From Kiritimatiellia bacterium (GTDB lineage: Bacteria; Verrucomicrobiota; Kiritimatiellia; RFP12; UBA3636): DNA of 64,000 nucleotides. A program made the position numbers and the translations under genes. The notes beneath the pieces are model-generated. The model searched no databases. It was not told the origin of the DNA and was given only the letters and a program-made list of their open reading frames with translations. The stretch lies in assembly GCA_017481725.1 (NCBI GenBank), contig JAFUOX010000022.1:4668-68667 (forward strand), read 5' to 3'. Below are positions 36,387-46,452 of the stretch, in pieces. Position 1 is the first letter of the stretch, and the number at the start of each line of letters is the position of its first letter.

Positions 36387-39170
36387 ATGGCAAATCAATT
36401 TTTGACTAATTACACAGAAGTGAAATTTCTTGATAAGCTGAAAGAAAACCTGCGCAGATGCAAGTCATTCTCATTTTCAGTCAGCTTTATAAAAAAGGCG
36501 GGCCTTGTTCTGCTGTTTAAGGATATTGAAGCTGCTGTTGAGCGTGGAGCGCAGGGACGTATTATCACCTCTACATATCAGAACTTTACTGATATTGAGT
36601 CGATAAAGAGCTTCTTTGCACTTCAATGCAAACATACTAATTTCGAGTGCCATCTTGATTACGAGTGCTTTCATGATAACAAGTATTCCACTCTTGGTTA
36701 TCATTCAAAAGGATACCTTTTTGAGTTCGACGATTTCTATGAGGTAATTGTAGGTTCTTCTAATATTACTCGTTACGCATTGCTCAAAAATATCGAGTGG
36801 GATGTAGTTGTTCGTGAAAGCAAGCCTGAAGTGTATAGTCAAGCATATGCAGAATTTGATGATAAATGGGAGGCAACGCATCTTCTGAATAGTGAAATTA
36901 TCAATCGGTATTCTAGTAAACTCAACTTTGCGATTGAACGTTGGGATATGGATTATGATCTTACCCCAAGCAGCATAAAGCCCAATTTTATGCAACGAAA
37001 GGCGCTGAAAGAACTGAACCGTTATAGAGCAATAGGCACAAATCGTGCTCTCGTTGTAGCGGCTGCGGGAAGTGGTAAGACTTATCTTGCCGCATTTGAT
37101 GCGCTCAATTTCGATCCGAAGCGACTTTTGTATATTGTTCACGAAGGATCAATTCTGAAAAAGTCACTTGAAACATTTTCGGAAGTATTCGGGAATCGTG
37201 TAACCTATGGTATTTTTAGCGGAGAACATAAAGAGATAGAAGCGAATTTTATATTCGCAACCAACATTACGATGTATAAATCTCTCGAGTTGTTTGCTAA
37301 GAATGAGTTTGACTATATTATTATAGACGAATGCCATCACGCAACCGCGGAAACATACAAGGAGATCATTGAATATTTTGAGCCTGAATTCTTGCTTGGA
37401 TTAACGGCTACGCCGGAACGTATGGACAATCAGGATGTGTTCGCTTTGTTCGACAAGAATGTGCCGTATGAGCTGCGTTTGCGCGATGCTATTATCAATG
37501 AACTTGTTGTGCCGTTCAAGTATTATGGTGTCCGAGACACACTTGTCGATTACGGACTCACTAAGAGTGAAGAACGCCGTATGATTGCACAGCTCGCAAA
37601 TGAGGAGCATGTCGAATTTATATCATCGCAAATCGAATCACATAGAGGTCAAGGGAAGTTGAAGGCCATTGCTTTCTGCCGTAATGTTACACACGCAAGA
37701 ATGATGAGCGAAGCAATGGGAGAACGATATAAAACTGCCTATTTGACAGGTAGAAACGATATCGGTGAGCGTATTCGCGCTTATAACGATTTGCAGAACG
37801 ATGATGCAGATCTCGAAATTCTGTTTACTGTTGATATTCTAAATGAAGGTGTTGATATTCCCGGCGTCAATATGGTGTTGTTTCTTCGTCCTACAGAATC
37901 CTCGACAATCTTCATTCAGCAGCTCGGTCGTGGTTTGCGTAAATACGATAATAAGCCACACGTAACTGTTCTTGATTTCATTGGTAATAGTTATAAAAGA
38001 AGTGTTCAAATTGCATTTGCATTAGGCAGCCTTTCGAGAAACTTAATTCTTGAAAAGAAGCTGATGCAACAGCTTGTTCGTGATGATTTTGAGGCACTTG
38101 GACTTAGCGAATATGGTGTTGAGATTAATGTTGATGACCTAAGTAAAGAAGAAATTATTAATTTTATAGAAAATGAAAACTTTAACAGCCTATCATATTT
38201 GAAACAGGACTATTTTAATTTCAAAAAGTACATTAATTCGGAGTTCTATCCGAAGCATATGGACTTTTTGAATAACGACTGCGCACCTGATTTGCTTAGA
38301 TTTATGAGTATCAAAATCGGTGGTAAAAAGAATTTTTCTTACTATAACTTCCTTCGTGGAATTGAAGAAGAAAATCTTCCGGCATTCTCGGAAAAACAAG
38401 TGTTGTTTGCAAATTATCTCTCTGCACAGCTTCCGCTTGTTAGAAAGCATGAGTATCTGATTTTTGATTGTCTGCTAAAGGGGATTGATGATATTGCAGA
38501 AATCAAAAAGTTTTTGCATCAGAATATTGGCGGGTGTAGAGAAGATGAAATTCAGCACGCTCTCGATTATATATATAAGAATGGCTATGTAAGTAAGGAA
38601 GAGGATAAGCTTAGGCTTTCCGTAGAGATTGACGAAGATTTCAAGGAGTACATTCTTGATTTATTGTCATATGGGTTGACCCGTTTTAGTATAGATTTTG
38701 GCGATGAATCTGATTTTAAGTTGTGGCAGAGTTATCGTATGGATCAGGTGCAGATGAAGTTTTTGCAGAATCCTCAGTATAATCAGGTCGGTACATATTA
38801 TTATGGTAAAGAAGTTGTGATTTTTGCATCTCTAAAAAAGGATTTGGCAGAGGAAGATAGGCTAAATTATAACGATAAGTTTTTAGAGCCTGATCTATTC
38901 CAGTGGGAGAGTATGGCCAACGTTTCAGCTGCCGATGTCGAGAAGCAACAAAAAAGCGAGCATGCTTATCTGTTTATCCGTAAGGTGTCTAACGAAAACG
39001 GTATCGTTTTGCCCTTTATTTATGTTGGGAAAGGAAAGATGACCAATCCTCGTAAACAGGTGAAGTCCGATAAAGCAAAAGGCAAGGATGTTATAACTTA
39101 TCTTTACGATATAAAAATGGAGAACGAATTGCCAGAATACTTACAGTATGATTTTGGATTGAGTAAATGA
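36387..39170 (+). CDS. PLD(HKD)-nuclease-like + SF2 DEAD/DEAH helicase + DUF3427-like C-terminal domain protein
   Basis: HSKGYLF...VGSSNIT (HxK...GSxN), Walker A AAAGSGKT, IIIDECHH, motif VI QQLGRGLR. The C-terminal segment FQWES...YLFIRKV...PFIYVGKG resembles DUF3427 as I recall it. Confidence 0.85.
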   Translation: MANQFLTNYTEVKFLDKLKENLRRCKSFSFSVSFIKKAGLVLLFKDIEAAVERGAQGRIITSTYQNFTDIESIKSFFALQCKHTNFECHLDYECFHDNKYSTLGYHSKGYLFEFDDFYEVIVGSSNITRYALLKNIEWDVVVRESKPEVYSQAYAEFDDKWEATHLLNSEIINRYSSKLNFAIERWDMDYDLTPSSIKPNFMQRKALKELNRYRAIGTNRALVVAAAGSGKTYLAAFDALNFDPKRLLYIVHEGSILKKSLETFSEVFGNRVTYGIFSGEHKEIEANFIFATNITMYKSLELFAKNEFDYIIIDECHHATAETYKEIIEYFEPEFLLGLTATPERMDNQDVFALFDKNVPYELRLRDAIINELVVPFKYYGVRDTLVDYGLTKSEERRMIAQLANEEHVEFISSQIESHRGQGKLKAIAFCRNVTHARMMSEAMGERYKTAYLTGRNDIGERIRAYNDLQNDDADLEILFTVDILNEGVDIPGVNMVLFLRPTESSTIFIQQLGRGLRKYDNKPHVTVLDFIGNSYKRSVQIAFALGSLSRNLILEKKLMQQLVRDDFEALGLSEYGVEINVDDLSKEEIINFIENENFNSLSYLKQDYFNFKKYINSEFYPKHMDFLNNDCAPDLLRFMSIKIGGKKNFSYYNFLRGIEEENLPAFSEKQVLFANYLSAQLPLVRKHEYLIFDCLLKGIDDIAEIKKFLHQNIGGCREDEIQHALDYIYKNGYVSKEEDKLRLSVEIDEDFKEYILDLLSYGLTRFSIDFGDESDFKLWQSYRMDQVQMKFLQNPQYNQVGTYYYGKEVVIFASLKKDLAEEDRLNYNDKFLEPDLFQWESMANVSAADVEKQQKSEHAYLFIRKVSNENGIVLPFIYVGKGKMTNPRKQVKSDKAKGKDVITYLYDIKMENELPEYLQYDFGLSK

Positions 39171-39183
39171 AAATGGGGCTTTA

Positions 39184-39540
39184 CGTGAGTTCTTGATAAA
39201 TGCAATCATTCATCGCGATTATTTTCTGGAAAATGCTCCTATCAAGTTTTGCGAGTAAAAAAAGAACAGGATAGAGATTTCTAATCCCGGAGGGCTTTTC
39301 GGTCGAGCGAAACCCGATAATTTCCCGTTTGTAAATGATTATAGAAATCCAATGCTGGCAGAGGCTATGAAAGTGCTTGGTATGGTGAATAAGTATAATC
39401 GCGGCATTGCCAAGGCGAACAAGGAATTGGAAAAGAATGGTAATCCCAAGGCGCAATTTGATGTCAATGAGCAGACAGAGTTTCGGGTTACTATTATTTC
39501 AAACGGCGAAAGTGGCCAAATAAACATCAAATATGGATAG
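39184..39540 (+). pseudogene. 3' remnant of an AlbA_2/HATPase_c_4-type (Schlafen-like) ATP-binding regulator gene
   Basis: The frame reads REFLINAIIHRDYFLENAPIKFCE*KKNRIEISNPGGL...RNPMLAEAMKVLGMVNKYNRGI, with an in-frame TAA. It begins 14 nt after the helicase stop and has no N-terminal half. Confidence 0.55.
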
Positions 39541-39712
39541 ATAACAGAGTAATGCTAAAAGCCAGCTTTCGGCTACTATTTGCAAAATCCAACTAATTCT
39601 GCCAAATAACCTCGCACTTTTAGCCACCACGCTAGCCTGAACTACTAGTCATGCTTTGCAAAAAGCAAACATTTATGGTTTAATATGTAACAATGAGATG
39701 AGGAACTATTAT

Positions 39713-40165
39713 ATGAATGCTGAATTATGCAATATGTGCATGGTAATGGACAATGAAGGTCGCGTGTTAGTGCAGGAGCGTTTACCCAAGCCAACTAACC
39801 CTTGGTGTGGTTTGACCTTTCCTGGAGGACATTTGGAGCATGGAGAATCAATTGTTGAATCAACAATTAGAGAGATGAATGAAGAAACAGGTTTGATAGT
39901 TTCAAATTTACAAAATTGCGGCTTTGTTCAGTGGTATAACCCAGCAAAAGATCTTCAATATATTGTTTTTCTATTTAAGACAAATACCTATACTGGAACA
40001 CTCAAGGATTCTGCCGAAGGCAATGTCCGTTGGATGACGCTAGATGAAATGCGTAGCGGCAACCTCGCACCAAATATGGATCGCTATATCGATGTCATAC
40101 TTAATGATAACCTACCTCAAGTCTATGGAGTTGTTGGGTCTGGTCTCACCTCATGGGAAGGCTAA
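39713..40165 (+). CDS. NUDIX hydrolase
   Basis: Nudix box PGGHLEHGESIVESTIREMNEETGL. ATG 39713 is preferred; the ORF opens at 39656. Confidence 0.75.
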   Translation: MNAELCNMCMVMDNEGRVLVQERLPKPTNPWCGLTFPGGHLEHGESIVESTIREMNEETGLIVSNLQNCGFVQWYNPAKDLQYIVFLFKTNTYTGTLKDSAEGNVRWMTLDEMRSGNLAPNMDRYIDVILNDNLPQVYGVVGSGLTSWEG

Positions 40166-40213
40166 CCAAAATCCATCATACTTATATTTCGTAGTTTCAA
40201 TTACGCCATAAAT

Positions 40214-40440
40214 CTCTCCGTGTTTCGCCGAAGGCTAGAAGCGAGAGCGTTTAAATCGTTTCACTCATTGCTTACGCTCAACACGGACACACGAAGTGTG
40301 ATTTTCACGGAGGTAATGAAGAAAAGTGCAAGCAATAATTACCCTAGAAAACTCTCCGCGTCTCCGATCCTCTCTGTCCTCCGTGTTTCGCCGAAGGCCA
40401 GCACGCGAGTGCGATGCACGTGATGCTGGTGGCATCACGC
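40214..40440 (-). repeat. GC-rich mosaic repeat, locus 5 (reverse orientation; right edge of island)
   Basis: Reverse-complement cores lie at 40216-40240 and 40379-40403. Positions 40261-40313 are the reverse complement of the locus-4 right arm. Confidence 0.85.
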
Positions 40441-40441
40441 A

Positions 40442-41467
40442 TTATGGTTGCCAGGATGGGGCAATGTCAAGGGCGAAGGCTTCTTCGCCTGTTATGCCTC
40501 TACCCATGCCAGCTAAGCCAGCAATCATAGCTGCATTATCACCACAATGCTTTGGTAGTGCTAGCAATAGCTGCACCTTACGCTTATCGCATAGCTCCAT
40601 TAGCTTTTCACGTAGGCGTGAGTTAAGTGACACACCGCCACCAACAGCTAGATATTTCATGCCGACTAATGCTTTGTCGCAACGCTTCACAATGGCATTA
40701 ACTACTGCCTCCTGATAGTCAGATGCAATTTGTGCTACATCTGCATCGCAGGTTGGTGGTGTGTGTGTGACATAATGTAGGAGCGAGGTCTTTAGTCCGC
40801 TGAAGCTCATGCAAAGCTCGTGATTAAGTCCCCCTGTCTCAGTACCTTCGCGAACACGTCCTTCTGGGAAGATATTTTTGCGTGGTGGAGTGGTGCGACC
40901 AAGCTTATCAATGATTGGACCGCCAGGATAGCCTAATTTGAGCAGCTTTGCTGCCTTGTCTAATGCTTCTCCAGCTGCATCATCTACTGTGCGTCCGATT
41001 AACTCTAGCTTGCCATATTCTTGAATTTTAAATAGGCTTGAGTGTCCACCAGATACAGCCAATGCAAGCATTGGTAATGCCTCATGTGGGTCTGGGGCAG
41101 ATGGATTAAGAAATACAGAATGCACGTGTGCTTCAATGTGGTTAATTGCAATAAGTGGCTTATTAAGCTTTCTTGCTAAGCCTTTGGCAGTTGACCAACC
41201 AACTAAGAGTGAGCTTGCTAGACCTGGGCCACGAGTTGCAGCAATGGCATCAATTTCATTCCAGCTTAGCTTTGCCTCTTCCATTGCTTGCTTAATTATG
41301 CCAGGAAGGAGCATAATGTGGCAGCGTGAGGCAATTTCTGGAACAACACCACCATAAGGTGTATGCTCTGCCTGTGTGTGTACTACATTTGATAGGATGG
41401 TGCGTCCATCCTTTACAATAGCTGCTGAGGTTTCATCACAAGAGGTTTCAATACCGAGAACAATCAT
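40442..41467 (-). CDS. tsaD: tRNA N6-adenosine threonylcarbamoyltransferase TsaD
   Basis: VLGIETSCDETSAAIV, HIEAH and GGVSLN; 341 aa. Confidence 0.92.
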   Translation of the reverse strand: MIVLGIETSCDETSAAIVKDGRTILSNVVHTQAEHTPYGGVVPEIASRCHIMLLPGIIKQAMEEAKLSWNEIDAIAATRGPGLASSLLVGWSTAKGLARKLNKPLIAINHIEAHVHSVFLNPSAPDPHEALPMLALAVSGGHSSLFKIQEYGKLELIGRTVDDAAGEALDKAAKLLKLGYPGGPIIDKLGRTTPPRKNIFPEGRVREGTETGGLNHELCMSFSGLKTSLLHYVTHTPPTCDADVAQIASDYQEAVVNAIVKRCDKALVGMKYLAVGGGVSLNSRLREKLMELCDKRKVQLLLALPKHCGDNAAMIAGLAGMGRGITGEEAFALDIAPSWQP

Positions 41468-42138
41468 TGTTTTTCTCCTAGATTTGTCTTAAAAAAGAAT
41501 AGTCCTAATATTGCACCGAAGGCAATACCTATGAGGTGTGCAGAGGCTGCAATATTTGTTTGTTTAATAAAAAATTCAATAGCATTACCTGCGAAAATCA
41601 ATGTGGCCAGTAGCCATGCAGGCATTGGGATTGGAAGTGGAACAAAAATGATAAGCTTATCCCTTGGATTTTTTGCAACATAAGCTCCAACTAGAGCCAG
41701 TACTCCAGCGGATGCACCGATGCATGGTGTTGTTGAGGTTAGCCCAGAAAGTAGAACCCAACCAATTCCACCAAGAATGCCTCCTAGAAAATAGATGATT
41801 AAAAAGCGTGTAAGCCCATATTGTCGCTCAATGGCTGTGCCAATGGTCAATAAGCCTATCATGTTGAAAAGCAGATGTGACCATGATCCATGTAGAAACA
41901 TATAGGTAAATGGGGTCCAAAAGAATCCACAAGAAATGCCAATCCCATGAATAGAGAGTAGGAATGTTAGCACGTCATCTATAAGAAGATAATTTGCATC
42001 AGGATGAAGCAATACTGTTTTTACAGGTGCAGCAGCAGTTACTAGCTGTGCAAGATATGTTATCACACAGATAATAGCTATTGTAATTGTTGCTATAGAG
42101 AATCTCTTCTCTTTTGTTGTTACTGCCTGCTCTTGCAT
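41464..42138 (-). CDS. rhomboid-family intramembrane serine protease
   Basis: HGSWSHLLFNM, GASAGV (GxSG) and AHLIGIAFG. Start ATG at 42138 is preferred, 1 nt after the upstream stop. There is an ATGA overlap with tsaD. Confidence 0.75.
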   Translation of the reverse strand: MQEQAVTTKEKRFSIATITIAIICVITYLAQLVTAAAPVKTVLLHPDANYLLIDDVLTFLLSIHGIGISCGFFWTPFTYMFLHGSWSHLLFNMIGLLTIGTAIERQYGLTRFLIIYFLGGILGGIGWVLLSGLTSTTPCIGASAGVLALVGAYVAKNPRDKLIIFVPLPIPMPAWLLATLIFAGNAIEFFIKQTNIAASAHLIGIAFGAILGLFFFKTNLGEKQ

Positions 42139-42139
42139 A

Positions 42140-44764
42140 TTAAATAGCTGCCTCATTTTTTTCTGCACGAATTGAATCAACGATATAGCAAACAAAGCCA
42201 GCAATGGTTATCACTGCAATGAGTAAAATGTAAAGCTTATTTACTAATGGTGTCACTTGTGTTAGCTCAATAGTGTGCGAACCCTTTGATAGTGGAATGG
42301 CTTTATAGAAAGCATTTGCTGTAAACGTTTCTGCAGGCTTTCCATCAACGGTTGCTTGAAGGTTGCGGTTAAAGAAATAGTTGTGTCTAATGTAGAGCAT
42401 GCCATTTTCTTCTTCGCAATTTGCCTCTATTTTTGCTGAACGGTATTCTGTGTCTGAAGGTTTTACAATCCACTTTGCTGGGGTAGGAGCCTTTGGGCTG
42501 GTGCTAGAAAGCTGATTTGTTGTATCAGAAATTACAAGGCTCTTGTAAACATCAAAGGTTGACTTTGCCATAGCGTCAAGTGGCTCTATTTCTGAGGTGA
42601 CAGTTGAATAGCTATAATATACGCCTAAACCAGCTGGAATATCCTTTTGGGCAAGGAAATAAATGGCTTCAGTTGTTGGCTGAACTTGAGCAAAGGATTG
42701 TGCTTGTGGATTGAAATTGTAGCATCCAATGAAATCAAACATTCCTGTATTCATAAAGGCTTGAGCCTGGTTGAAGGTCAGGATATAAAGCTGTGTACCC
42801 ATTAGCGGCCAACGTTTTGGTAGTCCATTGCGGGCTGTGGCTCCAGCAAATGCAGGTGAGCCTTGAAATGCAAGGACTGATTTTTCTTTAGGATTTGATG
42901 TGGAGAATGGATCTGCAGAGTAGAGCCCTTTGTTTTCTAAACACTTGAAATCATCAAGCTGAGGGAGAATTGTTTGTAGTCCTAGATAGGAGTATGCTCC
43001 TCCTTCTTCAAGCTTATCTCCCAGCTTTTTCTTTGCTGCTTCGAGGAATACGGAATCATTTGTTATTGTGTTAATCTTTGAGGTATGTACAAAGTTAGTT
43101 GCTTGCTTTGTCATATCAAAAACAATCCCTATGAGGAGGATTCCGCAAACTACATAGCGGGCTGGCTTACCATTGATGATAGGGTTTTTAATGGTCAGTA
43201 GTCCAATGCCGACGCTGCCACAAATTGCAAGCCAAGCAGCACTACGAAATGCCTCTTTATATTGAGCAAGGCTTAGTGGAAGAAAATGCTTAATGGCATC
43301 TGGATTAGCATTAAAAGCTTCTGAAAGACGATTTGAAATTGCGTCGGTATTGCTAGACTTTATAAAGCAGAAGCCAGCAATGCCAATGAGTAGAAGCATT
43401 GAGATTCTGCCTACAAGCGTGACTCGTTTGTCTTCCTCGTTATGTTTTAATAGAGCATCAATACCAAAAGCGAGAAGTACAGCGATGCCTAATTCAAGTA
43501 TATGGATAAATTTTACTGGACAGCGAATCATATCCATCACAGGAAGCTTATAAAATAGGGCGTAGATAGGTGTAAAGCGCCCTAATGAAAGAAGCATTGT
43601 TCCGATTATGATTGTAAGCCAAACTAATCCTACGCCTTGATAGTCGGGTGCTTGAGCTGGCAATGCTGTTGCTTCTTGCGTTGCTTCTGATTTTTTGCGG
43701 AATAAAGCAAAGCAAAGAATAATTGTAAAGAGAGCTATTCCAACCTGAAGCATACCTGCGTAGAGGTTGTGCTGACGGTAGTTTGCAAACATATTGCTAT
43801 TTGGCTTCCAGTCGTGGGGGCGACCCAATTCTCCGATATAAGGTGCTTTAGGGTTACCTGTGTCAAAGCCATAAGCAGAAGGAACAGCTAGTTCAATCAA
43901 TTCATCTGGTGGAAGACTCCAGCCAGTGGCGAATATCCAATTTGAATCCATTTTTTCTTCTGCATTTGTGGCAGAGTCAGAAGCCTGAACTGTAGCTTCC
44001 TTTGATTGCTCAAGCTGCTCTTGGCGTCCTTTAATGATATTCTCAAAAATATTTCGTACGGCTGGTGTACCAATGATTGCAAAGAATACGATGAGGGCAA
44101 TGATTGATAGCCCTAAATGAAGCCCATTCTTTGAAAAATATGCTTTCCATCCATATCTTGTTGCGATGGTGCAAAGTCGAGCAATAGCATAGAAAGCAAG
44201 TGCTCCAACAAATAAAAGGAAAATATCTGGCTGGTAGGTTAGCCCAGCTGCAACTGATGCAGCAATTAGCACAAAGTGGTACCATTTACATTTGTAGCCA
44301 AAGGAAATTATTTTTTCAATGAGTGCAAAGCAAAGAATTGCATAAGGCATCATTATTAGGTAGCCACGATGACCAGCAGAGAACAAGGTAAAGTGATAGC
44401 CAGATAATGCCATTGCGACGGCACCAATGACTGAAGCCATTTTATCTAGCTTCAAAACTCGTAAATAGTGATAAGTGGACAGTGCCACGAGTATGGTGAT
44501 AATGATGTAGCCTATATCGCTATAGTGAATTGGACTAATCAATAGCTTCCAAATTGTATCAAAGGAAAAGGCTGATGGGGAAAAATTGTAGAAGCTATAC
44601 CAAACATGGCTTTTTGCATAAGGACCAAGCTCAGTAGGAGAGTCTGGTGAATTTAGAATCGTATCGGCAGCTAGTGCTGGGTAGAAGATAATGCAGCTAA
44701 CAGCTGTCATCAAAAGTGCTAGCAGAATATATGGAAAATACGATTTTTTGAAAAAGTTTCTCAT
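42140..44764 (-). CDS. large polytopic membrane protein, YfhO/GT-C-like
   Basis: 874 aa with more than 12 TM helices, a large soluble C-terminal region and a final TM helix. Family assignment is from overall architecture only. Confidence 0.45.
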   Translation of the reverse strand: MRNFFKKSYFPYILLALLMTAVSCIIFYPALAADTILNSPDSPTELGPYAKSHVWYSFYNFSPSAFSFDTIWKLLISPIHYSDIGYIIITILVALSTYHYLRVLKLDKMASVIGAVAMALSGYHFTLFSAGHRGYLIMMPYAILCFALIEKIISFGYKCKWYHFVLIAASVAAGLTYQPDIFLLFVGALAFYAIARLCTIATRYGWKAYFSKNGLHLGLSIIALIVFFAIIGTPAVRNIFENIIKGRQEQLEQSKEATVQASDSATNAEEKMDSNWIFATGWSLPPDELIELAVPSAYGFDTGNPKAPYIGELGRPHDWKPNSNMFANYRQHNLYAGMLQVGIALFTIILCFALFRKKSEATQEATALPAQAPDYQGVGLVWLTIIIGTMLLSLGRFTPIYALFYKLPVMDMIRCPVKFIHILELGIAVLLAFGIDALLKHNEEDKRVTLVGRISMLLLIGIAGFCFIKSSNTDAISNRLSEAFNANPDAIKHFLPLSLAQYKEAFRSAAWLAICGSVGIGLLTIKNPIINGKPARYVVCGILLIGIVFDMTKQATNFVHTSKINTITNDSVFLEAAKKKLGDKLEEGGAYSYLGLQTILPQLDDFKCLENKGLYSADPFSTSNPKEKSVLAFQGSPAFAGATARNGLPKRWPLMGTQLYILTFNQAQAFMNTGMFDFIGCYNFNPQAQSFAQVQPTTEAIYFLAQKDIPAGLGVYYSYSTVTSEIEPLDAMAKSTFDVYKSLVISDTTNQLSSTSPKAPTPAKWIVKPSDTEYRSAKIEANCEEENGMLYIRHNYFFNRNLQATVDGKPAETFTANAFYKAIPLSKGSHTIELTQVTPLVNKLYILLIAVITIAGFVCYIVDSIRAEKNEAAI

Positions 44765-44857
44765 GGTTCTAATTTAAGTTGTAGCTGAATGCAAAGCAAA
44801 ATATGGCTTTGCATTCAGCTTAGCTTGTTAAAATTTAACCCCACAATTGTGGTTGAT

Positions 44858-45925
44858 TTATAGTGCTGGTCCAAGCTTTGGGTTTGCTGGTAGAGCAGCA
44901 ATGGTTTCAGCAATTAGTGTTGAAATCTCATCAATATCCTTTAGATTTACGATTTCAACTGCTGAATGCATATAGCGTAGTGGAATGCTGATTAGGTTTA
45001 CTGGCACGCCTGAACGAGTCATGCGAATAGCAAAAGCATCTGTTCCATTGCCGCGGTTACGAATCTGTGTCTGTGTCTTGATGCCAGCCTTTTCTGCTGC
45101 CTTGTCAACAAGCTTATTTAGGGCGACATCAAATGCTGGACCTCTTCCAATAACTGGGCCACCACCTAGGCGAATATTGCCAACCTTTGCTTCTTCACCG
45201 CGTGGGTGGTCTGAAGCGAAGGTTACGTCAACAGCAATACCACCATGTGGATCGATGCCATAAGCTGCTGCTTGACCACCGAGCAAGCCAACCTCTTCCT
45301 GTGTTGCACTTACTACATAAAGTCCAACATTAATTTTTCTTTTTGCTAGCTTACGAAGTACCTCTGTCATGATAAATACGCCAGCACGGTCATCCATACC
45401 ACGCATAGAAACATTGTCATTAAGCATATCGCGCCAATCTGCATTTACAACGCCAGATGTGCCAATAGGAGCCCATTCCATTGCTTCCTCTAAAGACTTT
45501 GCACCAATATCAACCCATAGCTCAGAAATATCCTTTACGCCCTCACCGCGCTCCTTTGCATCCATAAGATGGATTGCTTTTCTACCGAAGCAGCCGTGAA
45601 CAGGTCCCTTAGGTCCGTTTAGGATGATGCGTTCACCAGGTAGAAGCTGGTTGTTTATTCCACCAAGAGGCTGTACGCGGAGGAATCCCCTGCTATCGAT
45701 GTGCTGCACAATAAAGCCAATCTCATCAATATGTGCATCAATGACAAAGCGGAATTTTGCATTTGGGTTCTTAATCATGATAAGGTTGCCATGCTTATCT
45801 AGTTCAATCTTATCTGCATAAGGCTTTACACGCTCTGCAACCAAACGCTGTCCCTCCATCTCGAAGCCAGTTGGTGTAGGAATAGCCATAAGTTTCTTAA
45901 AGAATTCAAGTGCTTTTTTATCCAT
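44858..45925 (-). CDS. M42-family metallo-aminopeptidase (FrvX-like)
   Basis: DAHIDEIGF, RGMDDRAG, ATQEEVGLLG and DVTFA. Confidence 0.8.
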   Translation of the reverse strand: MDKKALEFFKKLMAIPTPTGFEMEGQRLVAERVKPYADKIELDKHGNLIMIKNPNAKFRFVIDAHIDEIGFIVQHIDSRGFLRVQPLGGINNQLLPGERIILNGPKGPVHGCFGRKAIHLMDAKERGEGVKDISELWVDIGAKSLEEAMEWAPIGTSGVVNADWRDMLNDNVSMRGMDDRAGVFIMTEVLRKLAKRKINVGLYVVSATQEEVGLLGGQAAAYGIDPHGGIAVDVTFASDHPRGEEAKVGNIRLGGGPVIGRGPAFDVALNKLVDKAAEKAGIKTQTQIRNRGNGTDAFAIRMTRSGVPVNLISIPLRYMHSAVEIVNLKDIDEISTLIAETIAALPANPKLGPAL

Positions 45926-45929
45926 AATT

Positions 45930-46451
45930 TTACCTCGTTGTTATTGTCTCAAAAATAATTTTTGCTGAAAGTGGTGGTTGAGTAGAGCTTGATACATTGT
46001 TTGATTTTGTTTGTAATTCTATTGAGGCTACTCGGAAGCGTGGCAAACCAAGCTCCTGCTCAGCATGATAGATATGCTTATAGAGTGAATCAATTGAGCA
46101 ATTATTGAAGAAGGCAGTAAGGGAAGATGCCTGAAGATTAGTTTCTGGAATTTCTCTAGTTTTTTCTTCAGAGATTGTTGCACCTTGACTTTTTAGATAA
46201 TTTACCAATGCATAATATTGTGTACCAGATTGAGCAGAGAGCTCTTTGGTTATAGAGTCATATTTTGCACTCTCAGTTAATTCTATACTCAATTCTTTAG
46301 TAATAAGCTCACGATTTGCCTGCATTGCAGCTAGCTCTTTATTGTGCTTGCTTGCACTTGAAAATAGCATAACTATTGACAAAAACCAAAGAATGCAAGA
46401 AATAATTAAAAGGGTAGTTGTTTTATCTAGCTTCATATTTAAATCCTTCAA
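45930..46451 (-). CDS. GspM/PilO-like bitopic protein (weak)
   Basis: 173 aa with a single N-terminal TM helix. It lies directly downstream of the GspL/PilM-like gene (1-nt gap). Confidence 0.35.
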   Translation of the reverse strand: MKDLNMKLDKTTTLLIISCILWFLSIVMLFSSASKHNKELAAMQANRELITKELSIELTESAKYDSITKELSAQSGTQYYALVNYLKSQGATISEEKTREIPETNLQASSLTAFFNNCSIDSLYKHIYHAEQELGLPRFRVASIELQTKSNNVSSSTQPPLSAKIIFETITTR

Positions 46452-46452
46452 A

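Noticed and set aside
29440-40440. Integron-like cassette array
   Set aside because: No IntI-type integrase is in the window. The repeated module sits 5' of the cassettes and carries a promoter, rather than being a 3' attC. It has no GTTRRRY-type core sites, and cassette orientation is mixed (the LRR gene is on the minus strand).
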